Shown here piece by piece: positions 41,138 to 51,389 of a stretch of 64,000 nt of DNA. A program made the translations under genes and the position numbers. The DNA is from a bacterium (GTDB lineage: Bacteria > Cyanobacteriota > Vampirovibrionia > Gastranaerophilales > JBAXKC01), in the NCBI GenBank assembly GCA_037137535.1, contig JBAXKC010000001.1, positions 1-64,000 of the forward strand. The letters run 5' to 3'. The notes under the pieces are model-generated. The model was given only the letters and a program-made list of their open reading frames with translations. It made no database searches and was not told where the DNA came from. The stretch's first letter is position 1. Every line of letters starts with the position of its first letter.

Positions 41138-42322
41138 TTAAACTTGATTGGATTGCTCAAATAAAGGTGTTTCTTCGGAAAGACCCAATCGTTCAACAGG
41201 AATTATTAAATTAAAGGTTGAACCTTTTCCTAGTTCACTTTCAACCCAAATAATACCCTGCATTTCAGCAAGAATTTTTCTTGTGATAGCTAATCCTAAA
41301 CCTGTTCCACCGAACTTTTTGGAGATGGATTTATCAAGTTGTCTGTACTCATCAAAAATATTATTTAGTTCTTCCTCAGGAATACCCATACCAGTATCGG
41401 TTACTGAAACCATTAGATATGACTTATCAGTAAAGCTCTTTGGAACGTCTATTCCTTGATATCTGACAAAATGCAGATCAGGATGAGCAACTTTGATATG
41501 AACTGAACCACTTTCAGTAAATTTAACAGCATTTGAAACAAGATTAATTAAAACCTGTCTAACTAAGTTCTCATCAGAATAAATATTTCTTTTGACTATA
41601 TCGGATAAATCCATTGAAAAATCAAGTTTTTTCTCTTTAATAAACGGATTTACAGCCTCAACAACAGAGTTTGTAAGTTGAACTATGTCAAAATTTCTAT
41701 AATTAAACTCCATTTTACCTGCTTCAATCCTTGAAATATCAAGAATACTATTTAGCAACGCTAAAAGGCTATTTGCATTTCTGCTGATAATGTTTACATA
41801 TTTATTTTGTTTTTCATTCAATTCTCCGCCGAGTCCGTCAACTAATGCTTGAGAAAATCCGATTACGGAGTGCATTGGTGTTCTTAACTCATGAGAAAAA
41901 TTTGCGATAAAAGTACTTTTATTTTTACTGATATTTTGCATATTTTCATATTCAAGTAAAAGTTTTTCAATTATTTTTTGATTTTTAGTCACATCTCTAA
42001 CTGAAATAATTACTTCATCTTTGTTTTCAACGTTAGAACAAGTGATCTCAACAAATAATTCCTTATCACCTTTAGTTCTTGCGGTTAATACCGTACTTTT
42101 ATTTTCAACAAGATTTTGATAAATTTTATCAATTTCTTCATTAAAAATCACACCGATATTTTTACCGAGAACATCTCTTGATGCAAAATCAAACATTTTT
42201 TGGGATCTTTTATTCCAAAAAACAATATTTTTCTTATAATCAATAATAATTACAGCATCCGGGTGCTGATTATAAGTTTCGTAATTATAAAATCCTTTAA
42301 AAAGAGATTTAATATTCATCAT
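41138..42322 (-). CDS. Cytoplasmic PAS sensor histidine kinase
   Basis: PAS (HPDAVIII, VRDVT); SHELRTP, NAVKFT, DTGMGI, GGTGLGL. Confidence 0.95.
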   Translation of the reverse strand: MMNIKSLFKGFYNYETYNQHPDAVIIIDYKKNIVFWNKRSQKMFDFASRDVLGKNIGVIFNEEIDKIYQNLVENKSTVLTARTKGDKELFVEITCSNVENKDEVIISVRDVTKNQKIIEKLLLEYENMQNISKNKSTFIANFSHELRTPMHSVIGFSQALVDGLGGELNEKQNKYVNIISRNANSLLALLNSILDISRIEAGKMEFNYRNFDIVQLTNSVVEAVNPFIKEKKLDFSMDLSDIVKRNIYSDENLVRQVLINLVSNAVKFTESGSVHIKVAHPDLHFVRYQGIDVPKSFTDKSYLMVSVTDTGMGIPEEELNNIFDEYRQLDKSISKKFGGTGLGLAITRKILAEMQGIIWVESELGKGSTFNLIIPVERLGLSEETPLFEQSNQV

Positions 42323-42517
42323 TTACCTTAGAATAATCCTAAATTATGTAAATATTATCATGAAATTTTACAAAATTAAACAATTGTAAAAAATACTAAT
42401 ACATTGGTATTAGTGGCGCAATCAATCGTATAGTTTTCAAGTTAATTGATTATACGATTTGTTTAATAATTTTAAATCATTGTTTTAGTGTAGATTATTT
42501 TTTAATCTCTAAAACAA

Positions 42518-43336
42518 TTATAAATCTTTAATCAGATTATAAACCTGACTTTTAGATATATTCTCAAGAATAGAAATTATTTTACTTATATCTTTAGTAG
42601 AAAAACCTTCTTTTTTAAGTTTTTTTGCCTTTTCTAATATTATTGAATCTTCAAGAGAAAATAATTCATCCTTCCCTTCAATAATAAGAACTATTTCCCC
42701 TTTTACGCCTTTGCTCTCGTAATAATCAATAAGATTTTGAGCCGTATCCTTACGCACTTCCTCATAGAACTTAGTAAGTTCCCTTGCCACAACAACGTTA
42801 GGATTATCAAGGATTTGATCTATTGTTTTTAAAGTAGCTATAAGCCTTGAAGGAGCTTCATAAATAATCAGATTTGTCGTTTTATATTTTAAAAGGAGTT
42901 CTTCAATTTCTTTATCTTTTTTAGGTAAAAAACCTGCGAACATAAAACCGTTTTTCTCAAGATAAACAGAGGACACAGCAACTGTTAAGGCACATGCCCC
43001 CGCTAACGAAACAATATTAATATTTTCCTCTGCCAGTACTTTTAAAAGCTCCGACCCCGGATCACTGATAACAGGAGTTCCTGCATCTGAAACAAGAGCG
43101 ATATTTTTTCCCTCTTTAAGTAGCTCTGAAAGATATGAAGATTTTTGTTTTTCGCTGAATTTATGATAACTAATTGTTTTCGTATTAATTTCATAATGAT
43201 TAAGCAGCTTTTGAGTAACTCTAGTATCCTCACAAGCGATAATATCAACTTCTTTTAATATTCTTAACGCTCTTAAAGTTATATCCTCTAAGTTGCCGAT
43301 AGGAGTGGGGCATATATACAACGTACCATTAGACAT
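42518..43336 (-). CDS. rsmI: 16S rRNA C1402 2'-O-methyltransferase
   Basis: TPIGNLEDITLRA, ACEDTR, VSDAGTP.ISDPG, ARELTK. Confidence 0.97.
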   Translation of the reverse strand: MSNGTLYICPTPIGNLEDITLRALRILKEVDIIACEDTRVTQKLLNHYEINTKTISYHKFSEKQKSSYLSELLKEGKNIALVSDAGTPVISDPGSELLKVLAEENINIVSLAGACALTVAVSSVYLEKNGFMFAGFLPKKDKEIEELLLKYKTTNLIIYEAPSRLIATLKTIDQILDNPNVVVARELTKFYEEVRKDTAQNLIDYYESKGVKGEIVLIIEGKDELFSLEDSIILEKAKKLKKEGFSTKDISKIISILENISKSQVYNLIKDL

Positions 43337-43337
43337 A

Positions 43338-44096
43338 CTATTTAATAAACTCTCTTACAACATAACTTGACATCATATAACCTGCAACAGGCGGAACAAA
43401 CGGTGAACTTCCAGGAGTGAATTTTTTCAAATCAATCTGCTCTCCATGCCCGTTTTTAAAATGCTGCACATTTTGACGTTTTTCTACTTTTATTGGTTTT
43501 TCTTCACTTACAACTACAGGTAAACCTTCTGTTATTCCAAGCTTTCTAAGTTTATAAATCATACTTGCACTGAAAGGACAGCTTTTTTTAGCTTTAACCT
43601 CACTAATATCAGAAATATAAAGTTTTTCTGGACAAAGTCTATTCCCTGCACCCATAGAGCTAATTACAGGAACATTATTATCAAAACAACTTTTTATAAG
43701 GTCAACTTTGAATTTCATACTATCAATAGCATCAATTACAAAATCAACTTTTTCATTAAAAATATCTTCATTTAAAGTTAACGTATAAAAATCTTTAAAT
43801 GTTTTTATTTCAATATCTGGATTAATATCTTTTATTCTTTGGGCCATAAGTTCAGTTTTAGGCAGCTCAACAGTAGATTGAAGTGCAATAAGCTGGCGAT
43901 TAATATTAGAAAGGGCAACTTTATCAAAATCTATAAGTGAAAGTTTTCCCACTCCACTTCTGGCAAGAGCTTCAGCAGCAAAAGAACCGACTCCGCCAAT
44001 ACCAAAGACAGCCACATGTTTTTCAAACAGTTTTCTTTGAGCCTCTTCGCCCCAAAGAAGAATATTTCTTTCATACAACTCTATACTGTTCTGCAT
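43338..44096 (-). CDS. tcdA: tRNA threonylcarbamoyladenosine dehydratase (ThiF family)
   Basis: GIGGVGS, SNINRQL, DAID, SSMGAG. Confidence 0.9.
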   Translation of the reverse strand: MQNSIELYERNILLWGEEAQRKLFEKHVAVFGIGGVGSFAAEALARSGVGKLSLIDFDKVALSNINRQLIALQSTVELPKTELMAQRIKDINPDIEIKTFKDFYTLTLNEDIFNEKVDFVIDAIDSMKFKVDLIKSCFDNNVPVISSMGAGNRLCPEKLYISDISEVKAKKSCPFSASMIYKLRKLGITEGLPVVVSEEKPIKVEKRQNVQHFKNGHGEQIDLKKFTPGSSPFVPPVAGYMMSSYVVREFIK

Positions 44097-44098
44097 TT

Positions 44099-45130
44099 TT
44101 AATGATGTTTCCTAATTTCTGCAAGTTTTTTATACAAATCTTTTTCTTCTTGAGTAATATGCTCTGGAATAATTATTTTAATTTTTGCGATATGAGCGCC
44201 AAAACCGCCATCTTTTTTAGGTAAACCAAGATCTTTAAGCCTTAATGATTTTCCGGCTTGAGTATTTGGCGGAATAGTAACCTTTACAGGTCCATGTAGG
44301 GTTTTAACTTCTACATTTATCCCAAAAACAGCATCTTGCGGATAGATTTCTATATCTGAAGTTATATCACTGCCACTCATTTTAAAGTCTTTACTGTCTT
44401 TAAATTTTATTATGAGATATAAATCACCTTTTTGTCCATAAGAATCTGTTTTTCCCTCGCCTGAAAGACGAATTTTTGCTCCTTCTTTAACTCCTTTAGG
44501 GATTTTTACAAAAAGATTTTTTGAAATAGTTAAAAAACCTGTCCCCCCACAAGTATGACAATGAGTTCCTCTTGTTCCACAAGAAGTACATTTTTCCATA
44601 TATGAGAATTTTACATTTTTTTTATCATCATTCATCAAATCTTCAGGAATAAGAAAATAATCTTTGGTAATATCAAGATTTTCTTTTTCTTTAGGTGATT
44701 CCTGTGAAAAACCTCTTGATCTTCCTCCTCTAGAAGATCTTCCATGAGCTTGAGAACTCATAGCATCTCCAAAAATGGAACTAAAGAAATCAGAGAAACC
44801 ACCTTCACCGAAAGAACCGCCCATTCCTCCCATACCGCCAAAGCCACCGAATCCGCCTTGACCAAAGTTCATGTTTTCAAATCCAGGAGGAGGAGTAAAA
44901 TCCATTCCCTGACTCCAATTAGAGCCAAGACTATCATATCTTTGTCTTTTTTCCGAATCAGACAAGACTTCATAGGCTTCATTTATATCTTTAAACTTCT
45001 GTGAAGCCTCTGAGGCTTTATTAACATCGGGATGATATTTTCTGGCAAGTTTTCTGAAGGCTGCTTTAATTTCAGCTTCACCAGCTGTTTTTTGCACTCC
45101 TAAAACTTCATAATAATCTTTATATTTCAT
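44099..45130 (-). CDS. DnaJ/CbpA-like co-chaperone with reduced zinc finger
   Basis: J domain with HPD, G/F region, [12 protein letters not shown], DnaJ C-terminal domain. Confidence 0.93.
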   Translation of the reverse strand: MKYKDYYEVLGVQKTAGEAEIKAAFRKLARKYHPDVNKASEASQKFKDINEAYEVLSDSEKRQRYDSLGSNWSQGMDFTPPPGFENMNFGQGGFGGFGGMGGMGGSFGEGGFSDFFSSIFGDAMSSQAHGRSSRGGRSRGFSQESPKEKENLDITKDYFLIPEDLMNDDKKNVKFSYMEKCTSCGTRGTHCHTCGGTGFLTISKNLFVKIPKGVKEGAKIRLSGEGKTDSYGQKGDLYLIIKFKDSKDFKMSGSDITSDIEIYPQDAVFGINVEVKTLHGPVKVTIPPNTQAGKSLRLKDLGLPKKDGGFGAHIAKIKIIIPEHITQEEKDLYKKLAEIRKHH

Positions 45131-45273
45131 AATTCATCACTTTTATTTATTTTATATAACATTTGCTATTACCATTTTAATACAGATAAACAGTAAGTCT
45201 TTATAACTTAAAGATTTTTTTATATTTTTGAGATAATGTTAATAATATCGGCTATATCGGGAAAGGCAAAACA

Positions 45274-46038
45274 ATGGAAGATAAAATTCAACAAGCATTA
45301 GAACACATTGAAAAAGAAGAATATAATAGTGCAATTAATATTTTTGAAGAATTAATAGAAGATGATGCTGAAAATGCATATTTATACAATAATTTAGCAA
45401 CAATACACTACAAAAAAGGAAACTATGATAAAGCGATTGAACTATTTCAAAAGGCAATCGAATTAGATATAGACAATCAAGGAATTTATCAGAATTTAGC
45501 CGACGTTTACATGGCTGCTGAAAATATTGAATATGCACTTACAACGCTTCAGGAATGTGTTTCGATTAATCGCTCAAACCCTGGGCCGCTCTATCATTTA
45601 TCAAGAATATTAATACTTGACCACCAGCTTTACAGCGCTATTGAATATCTTGAAAAAGTCGTTGAATACGCACCAAACAATACTGATGCAAGATATGACC
45701 TTGCAAGAAGTTATTATGAAATTGGCGAATATGAAAACGCAATTGAGCAATATGAAACCATTCAAGTTGAATTACCTAAAAGCCCAGATATTTTATTCCA
45801 CTTAGGCTGTGCATATCTTGAACAATACAGATTAAATGATGCTATAAATATTTTTAACGAAGTTATTAAAGAAAGCCCTAATTATCTTCCTGTTTATAAA
45901 AAACTTGGAATGTTATATCTTACTCAAGATAATCATAAAGAAGCAAAAAAATATTTTGAAGCATATAAAAAGAATATTGTGGATGAAGAAGAAATTAAAT
46001 ATATTGAAAATATTATTTGCAAACTTAAAACTGATTAA
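45274..46038 (+). CDS. TPR repeat protein
   Basis: Consecutive TPRs (LYNNLA, RYDLARSYY, LFHLGCAY). Confidence 0.9.
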   Translation: MEDKIQQALEHIEKEEYNSAINIFEELIEDDAENAYLYNNLATIHYKKGNYDKAIELFQKAIELDIDNQGIYQNLADVYMAAENIEYALTTLQECVSINRSNPGPLYHLSRILILDHQLYSAIEYLEKVVEYAPNNTDARYDLARSYYEIGEYENAIEQYETIQVELPKSPDILFHLGCAYLEQYRLNDAINIFNEVIKESPNYLPVYKKLGMLYLTQDNHKEAKKYFEAYKKNIVDEEEIKYIENIICKLKTD

Positions 46039-46260
46039 ATTCTTTCATCACAAGAAAATTTCGATATCTAAATCTATCGACTTCCTTTTTATGTTTCAAA
46101 AAACAAAAAGGAACAAACACAAAAACATAGCAGTTATTGACCGTTACTGGCTTCTTTTCCTATGCTTTGAGTTTTTTACACAAAATACAAAATAATTTTC
46201 GAGAAAAGAAGCAAACCGCTCGAGTAGTGAACTTTTAAAATTTCTCATAATTAGATTAGT

Positions 46261-47037
46261 CTAACTATGAGGAATTTTAGTTTTATCTTTTAATTTTTCA
46301 ATCATTAATCTTGCAGGGGTATAAGCGTTGTTGATATCTAAACATTGACCAAACATATTTATTGCTTCATCAATAGAGCCTAAATTATAACTGTATTGAC
46401 CTAGAAAATAATATATTTCGGGGTCATTTGGTATGACTTTCTGACTTTTTAATAAAAAATCAGCGGCAATATTATTAAACCCGTTTGTCATTAAGGCTTT
46501 GCCGATAAATTTATAAGATTCGGGATTTACTTCAACGAGAATATCAGCACAATTTATAAGATTTTCGGCATAATCAACCCTGTCAGCCTGAATTAAATAA
46601 TTCAAATCAGACTCTAAATGATTACGAATTTGTAAAAGAGAAGGAACTTTAGGGTTGCTGATATTATCATCAATTAACATTAAAAAACTTTTTCCCCATT
46701 TTACAGGTTCTGAATCAGGTATTTTATCCCAAACTTTTTTAGCTACAAGAGGGCTACCCATCAAAATCTCACAAAACCCCGCCTGATAAAGTTCATTGAT
46801 CTGATAATAGATTTTTGCAGCTAAATCATAGTTTTTATTTTCAAAATGAGCAAACGCAAGAGTATTATAAAAAAATAAAGCATTATCCTTAAAAGATAAA
46901 GCATTATTCTTTAACTCAGGTTCAATTTCTTCAAGAAGATTTATTCCTCTTTCATACTTATTAAAAACAAGTATTTCTTTTCTAGCCTGAACTATAATAT
47001 TTTTAAAATGGAGAGATAACTCTTCAATTGGATGCAT
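46261..47037 (-). CDS. TPR-like hypothetical protein
   Basis: C-terminal TPRs (PESYKFIG, PNDPEIYYFLG); follows csrA. Confidence 0.8.
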   Translation of the reverse strand: MHPIEELSLHFKNIIVQARKEILVFNKYERGINLLEEIEPELKNNALSFKDNALFFYNTLAFAHFENKNYDLAAKIYYQINELYQAGFCEILMGSPLVAKKVWDKIPDSEPVKWGKSFLMLIDDNISNPKVPSLLQIRNHLESDLNYLIQADRVDYAENLINCADILVEVNPESYKFIGKALMTNGFNNIAADFLLKSQKVIPNDPEIYYFLGQYSYNLGSIDEAINMFGQCLDINNAYTPARLMIEKLKDKTKIPHS

Positions 47038-47045
47038 AAACTTTG

Positions 47046-47339
47046 CTATTTTTCCGGATTATTTGATAATTTTTTAATCTTGTCTAAATAATTAGCATTA
47101 CTAAGATTTTGAGAATCAAACATATTTAAAACACTATTAAGGTCATTAACCTGAACATTTTTGCTTGCTTGTGCATTAGCTTTTTTAATTTCTTCGTAAA
47201 TTTCTTCACGATAAATAGTTACGTTTTTCGGAGCTTTTATCCCTATTTTTACGGACTCCCCCTTAGTTTCAAGAATAACAACTTCGATATTCTCATTGAT
47301 TATTAATTTTTGACCTAGTTTTCTTGTTAAAACTAACAT
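47046..47339 (-). CDS. csrA: Carbon storage regulator CsrA with C-terminal extension
   Basis: MLVLTRK, VKIGIKAP, IYREEIY. Confidence 0.96.
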   Translation of the reverse strand: MLVLTRKLGQKLIINENIEVVILETKGESVKIGIKAPKNVTIYREEIYEEIKKANAQASKNVQVNDLNSVLNMFDSQNLSNANYLDKIKKLSNNPEK

Positions 47340-47371
47340 AATATATTAACCTTCATACTTTTCAAATAACA

Positions 47372-47815
47372 TTAAGATTGAGCTTTTGGTCCGGGAAATA
47401 GTCGTTGTTTAGCAGAAAAACTACTATTGATAAGAACCACTTGCATAGCCTTTTTGTTATCCATGTTGATAACAAGTGGGCCAAGAAGGTTAATCGTTGC
47501 GTTTTCAGGATGCCCTGACGGAATACAGACAATATTTAATGTTAATAAATTTTCAGCATTTGTTAATTCTAGTTTTTTTACTTCATCCTCGGGCATTATA
47601 AATTCATAATCAAGTCCAAAAAATCCTGCACAAGTTACCGGAAAAGCAATTTTCTCATCTTCTAAGGACTGAAGCCACTTAAAAGGAGATTCAGGCATAT
47701 GGTCAACAAGTGCAAATTTGTTTAAATGTTCATATCCAATGATAGGAGCAATGAATTCGAATGTAAGATTTTCGTTAATCTCAATTTCCCCAAATTTCTC
47801 AGTATTTATTTTCAT
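47372..47815 (-). CDS. fliW: Flagellar assembly factor FliW
   Basis: T.KFGEIEI, PFKWLQSL, TINLLGPLVIN, QVVL. Confidence 0.95.
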   Translation of the reverse strand: MKINTEKFGEIEINENLTFEFIAPIIGYEHLNKFALVDHMPESPFKWLQSLEDEKIAFPVTCAGFFGLDYEFIMPEDEVKKLELTNAENLLTLNIVCIPSGHPENATINLLGPLVINMDNKKAMQVVLINSSFSAKQRLFPGPKAQS

Positions 47816-47978
47816 TTTCTATTCCAAACCGTAAAATCATTTAACTAAAAAAAGTGAATTACTGAGGTGCTACTGGATTTCAGCAATACTTCCACCTAAT
47901 GAAATTAAATCATAAATTTTAATGATAATCTATAAAATACTAAATTATTACTGTATTTGACTTAGTTTAACAAACTAA

Positions 47979-48821
47979 TTATTCAGTAATTTTAAGTTTA
48001 ATAAGAGTGTTTGTCCCTTGCTCTGTAACATAAAGGTTTCCACTATTATCAAGATATAAATAATATGGATTTTTAACAGAAGTAAGAACATTTTCAAATC
48101 TACCGTCATAAGTCATTTTTACGACCTGATTAGACTTATAATTTGCAATATAAATGTTATCCTGAGCATCAGCAACTAAACCGATAGGGCCATTAATAAA
48201 ATCAGGACGTTTAATTATAATCCTTTGACCTACAACAGGGATTTTAGTAATAGAATTTGAGACATAATTAGCAATATACAAATTGCCCTTACTGTCTTTG
48301 GTAATACCCGTAGGGCCGTTAAAACCCGGAATAACTGTTTTACTTGCAGAAAGTCTTTGAGCTTCAATTTTTTTTCTTAGTTCCGCAAGTTTAAGCTGTG
48401 ACTTAGAGATTAAAGATTTACTGTCTTTATATTCAATACTATCAGGATCAATTTTATTCAAGTGAGCTATTGCTTTGTTATAATTACCTTTTTTAAAGTA
48501 CAACTGCCCTAACTTCAATCTTATTTCATTATCTTCAGGTGTTTTTAATAATAAGGTCTCAAATAAGTCTATAGCCTTATCATTTTTATTAATATACTCA
48601 TATAAAGCCCCTGCATTATAGTAAGCATCAACAAAATCAGGATCAATTAAAATAGCCTTATTAAATTGATCTAACGCTTCCTTAAAATATCCTTTTTTAC
48701 TTAGTTCAACACCCTTATCATAAGTATTTATAGCCTCTTCTGTATAAGAATAAGCCGGAAGGTTATATAAAAAGAGGAAAGATAAAGTTAATATTACAAA
48801 AAGTTTATTTTTAAAATTCAT
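47979..48821 (-). CDS. Exported TPR + NHL-repeat protein
   Basis: Signal peptide, TPRs, GPTGIT.D..GNLYIAN NHL repeats. Confidence 0.88.
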   Translation of the reverse strand: MNFKNKLFVILTLSFLFLYNLPAYSYTEEAINTYDKGVELSKKGYFKEALDQFNKAILIDPDFVDAYYNAGALYEYINKNDKAIDLFETLLLKTPEDNEIRLKLGQLYFKKGNYNKAIAHLNKIDPDSIEYKDSKSLISKSQLKLAELRKKIEAQRLSASKTVIPGFNGPTGITKDSKGNLYIANYVSNSITKIPVVGQRIIIKRPDFINGPIGLVADAQDNIYIANYKSNQVVKMTYDGRFENVLTSVKNPYYLYLDNSGNLYVTEQGTNTLIKLKITE

Positions 48822-48887
48822 GGAGAAATACCTCTGTTTGATGGCTATCGCCAAATCTATATATTCTAATTATATACAAATAATGAT

Positions 48888-49457
48888 TTATTCTACAGCT
48901 CTAATTGGATTTCTAGTATTATTATCCGCAGGCACCACTGAATCAGCCATAATAATGAGTTGATATTGGTCTTGAAATTCATTTTTATCATGATAATAAC
49001 TATTCCCTTGAACATTAGGGCCTTTATTACCGTTTACATCTACAAGAACCTGACAATCTGCGCCACCACCGGCTGTTATACTTGAAGAAGTACCACATGG
49101 AGAAGCTGTATTTTTTGCAAAGAAATATGAAACGCCATCAGGAGTAGTAAATTTTCTTACATTGTCCCAGGACAGAACAGGAATAGATATTGCAAAATAT
49201 TTAGCAATATTAGAAGCACCGACATCACCAAATATTGAACATCCACTGCAAGTAGCAGGGCTAATATTTAATCGGCTAACATTAGTATCTAAAGCTTCAT
49301 TTAAAATTCTTACTGATTTTTTAAGTTTAAGCCTATATTGATTTGTATCAAAGCTAGAAACAAAAGAAGGTATAGTTAAAGCCATTACTATTCCAAGTAG
49401 CACCATTGAAACTAAAGCCTCAGAGAGAGTAAATGCTTTTCTTTCTTTTGATTTCAT
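48888..49457 (-). CDS. Type IV pilin-like protein (copy 2)
   Basis: KA|FTLSE class III signal, hydrophobic helix, VDVNG.KGPN motif. Confidence 0.9.
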   Translation of the reverse strand: MKSKERKAFTLSEALVSMVLLGIVMALTIPSFVSSFDTNQYRLKLKKSVRILNEALDTNVSRLNISPATCSGCSIFGDVGASNIAKYFAISIPVLSWDNVRKFTTPDGVSYFFAKNTASPCGTSSSITAGGGADCQVLVDVNGNKGPNVQGNSYYHDKNEFQDQYQLIIMADSVVPADNNTRNPIRAVE

Positions 49458-49554
49458 AGCTAAATCCCTCTATTATTTACAATTCAATTATAAGTGATTT
49501 TTAGATTAAAATCTATTAATTTAAACTAATCTTAATTATATACAAATAAATCAT

Positions 49555-50142
49555 TTATTCTAAAGCGGCAACCGCATTATTATTAAACTCCGAAGAAGGT
49601 TCTAACGAGTCACTTGTTAGCACAAATTGATAAATATCGCTAAATTGCTTATTCCCATCACCGTATTTTATAATACCATTTATAGGATCGGACGGAGGAG
49701 CACTTCCATTCACATCAATAGCTACATTACAATCAGAATCAACATAGGATTTAGTGGTTGATGTTCCACAGGCGGAGCTTGTATTTTTATTAAATACATA
49801 AATAGTTCCATCAGTCGTTACAAGATAAGGACATGAGGCTGATGAGATACCTCTGGAAATAACCGGTAAAGATTTTGCCATAAAATCAGCAAGCGCCATC
49901 TTCCCCGTAGCATAGGAAACACTACAACCCGGACAAGTTGCAGCATTTTGACCATATCTACTTATGTTATAATCCAAAGCCTCATTAAAGACCCTTACTG
50001 ATTTTTTAAGTTTAAGCCTATATTGATTTGTATCAAAGCTAGAAATAAAAGAAGGTATAGTTAAAGCCATTACTATTCCAAGTAACACCATTGAAACTAA
50101 AGTCTCAGAGAGAGTAAATGCTTTTCTTTCTTTAGATGTCAT
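49555..50142 (-). CDS. Type IV pilin-like protein (copy 1)
   Basis: KA|FTLSE class III signal, IDVNG..PP motif. Confidence 0.9.
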   Translation of the reverse strand: MTSKERKAFTLSETLVSMVLLGIVMALTIPSFISSFDTNQYRLKLKKSVRVFNEALDYNISRYGQNAATCPGCSVSYATGKMALADFMAKSLPVISRGISSASCPYLVTTDGTIYVFNKNTSSACGTSTTKSYVDSDCNVAIDVNGSAPPSDPINGIIKYGDGNKQFSDIYQFVLTSDSLEPSSEFNNNAVAALE

Positions 50143-50222
50143 AGCAAATCCATTTATTATTTATAATTCAATTATAAGTGATTATAGATTAAAATCTATT
50201 AATAAAAAGAAAGAATACAAAG

Positions 50223-51389
50223 TTATCTTCTAGCTGCGGAATATAGTCCTGTATCTAAAGAAGCAGGAGCAACCTCAGGTTTTTTGGCAAATAAATCCAT
50301 AAAAAAGTTTTTTATATTCGCACTAATACTTGAGAAGAAATTAGTGATAGGATTTCTTTTTTCAGAGAATTCGACAGCAGCTAGTCCATGATGAGGAGAA
50401 GTAAGTGGAATTGAACCATCCCTTGTGGCATAAATTTCTGCAACTTTTTTGTCTAATTCTTCAGGACTTATATCATATAAACTTTTTGCATAATCCATCT
50501 CAGGATCTTTTACACCATTGCTATAAGCAGACCAAAACTCTACTGACTTACGATAAGCCTCTTGCTCCTCTTGAATAGAGGTTAAAGCATCCCTATCAAG
50601 TGAATGTATTACTTCATGAACAAGATATGCCGTAATTACTTCAGGAGCAGCATAAACATATTTATTTGTAACAACAATTCTTCTATTAGCATTTTCATAC
50701 TGAGCAATGTTCTGATGACCGCCTAGTGAATCTGTTTCGTCAAAACAGAAAGTAATATCCTCTAACTGATTTGTAATTTCAGGAGGATAAAATTTTTGCA
50801 GTAAAACTAAAGATTTACGCATATTTTCAGCAGCATAAGCTGATCTGTTTAAATCAGCTGAAGCAGGATCGACTTCATGTTGTTTAAGATATTGAATTTC
50901 TTTTAATTGCCTGGCCGCAAAATCAAGTTTAGGATCAATTGATACCGCTCTCTTTAAAGTTTTTTCAGCTTTAACATATTGTTTTTTTTCTTTATAACAC
51001 TCGCCAAGATTTGTTAAAACTTCCGCATCAATGGGATCAATTTTGAGATATTTTTCATAGTTAATAATAGCTTTATCATAATCTCCTACATTTTTAAAAG
51101 TTTTAGCGAGATTATAATATGCATCTGAATACTCAGGATTATCATTAATAGCCTTTTGATATAAGTTAATCGCTTTTTGGGGATTATTAATTTTAATGAA
51201 CTCATTTCCAGCTTTTTTAAGTAATTCAGCTTTTTTCTTATTCCAAGAAAAATCAGACAATGAATAACTATCACCAGCTGGATTATTCAATGACAATTGA
51301 CCAAAGTTTATTTGCTTCTGCTCGATATTTTTTATATTTTTGTTATATAAGCCTCTTGAGCTAAAATCAGATAAATTTCTAACAGTCAT
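50223..51389 (-). CDS. TPR protein with C-terminal HExxH zincin-like domain
   Basis: Three TPRs; LVHEVIH followed by EE..AY. Confidence 0.8.
   Translation of the reverse strand: MTVRNLSDFSSRGLYNKNIKNIEQKQINFGQLSLNNPAGDSYSLSDFSWNKKKAELLKKAGNEFIKINNPQKAINLYQKAINDNPEYSDAYYNLAKTFKNVGDYDKAIINYEKYLKIDPIDAEVLTNLGECYKEKKQYVKAEKTLKRAVSIDPKLDFAARQLKEIQYLKQHEVDPASADLNRSAYAAENMRKSLVLLQKFYPPEITNQLEDITFCFDETDSLGGHQNIAQYENANRRIVVTNKYVYAAPEVITAYLVHEVIHSLDRDALTSIQEEQEAYRKSVEFWSAYSNGVKDPEMDYAKSLYDISPEELDKKVAEIYATRDGSIPLTSPHHGLAAVEFSEKRNPITNFFSSISANIKNFFMDLFAKKPEVAPASLDTGLYSAARR

Larger units (their letters stand above)
48867..50203. repeat. Tandem duplication (~670-bp unit) carrying the two pilin-like genes
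   Basis: Near-identical 49311-49520 vs 49996-50203; identical TAATTATATACAAATAA at 48867 and 49533. Confidence 0.85.

Noticed and set aside
45245-45262. GCCGATAT / CCGATAT sigma28 -10 boxes upstream of the dnaJ-like gene
   Set aside because: No TAAA/TCAAG -35 element at a suitable spacing
45905-46195. 96-aa ORF overlapping the TPR gene end
   Set aside because: Off-frame overlap, low-complexity K/I/F composition, no clear RBS
48888-50142. Diversity-generating retroelement or shufflon acting on the pilins
   Set aside because: No reverse transcriptase, recombinase or template repeat seen; differences include indels and are not adenine-specific
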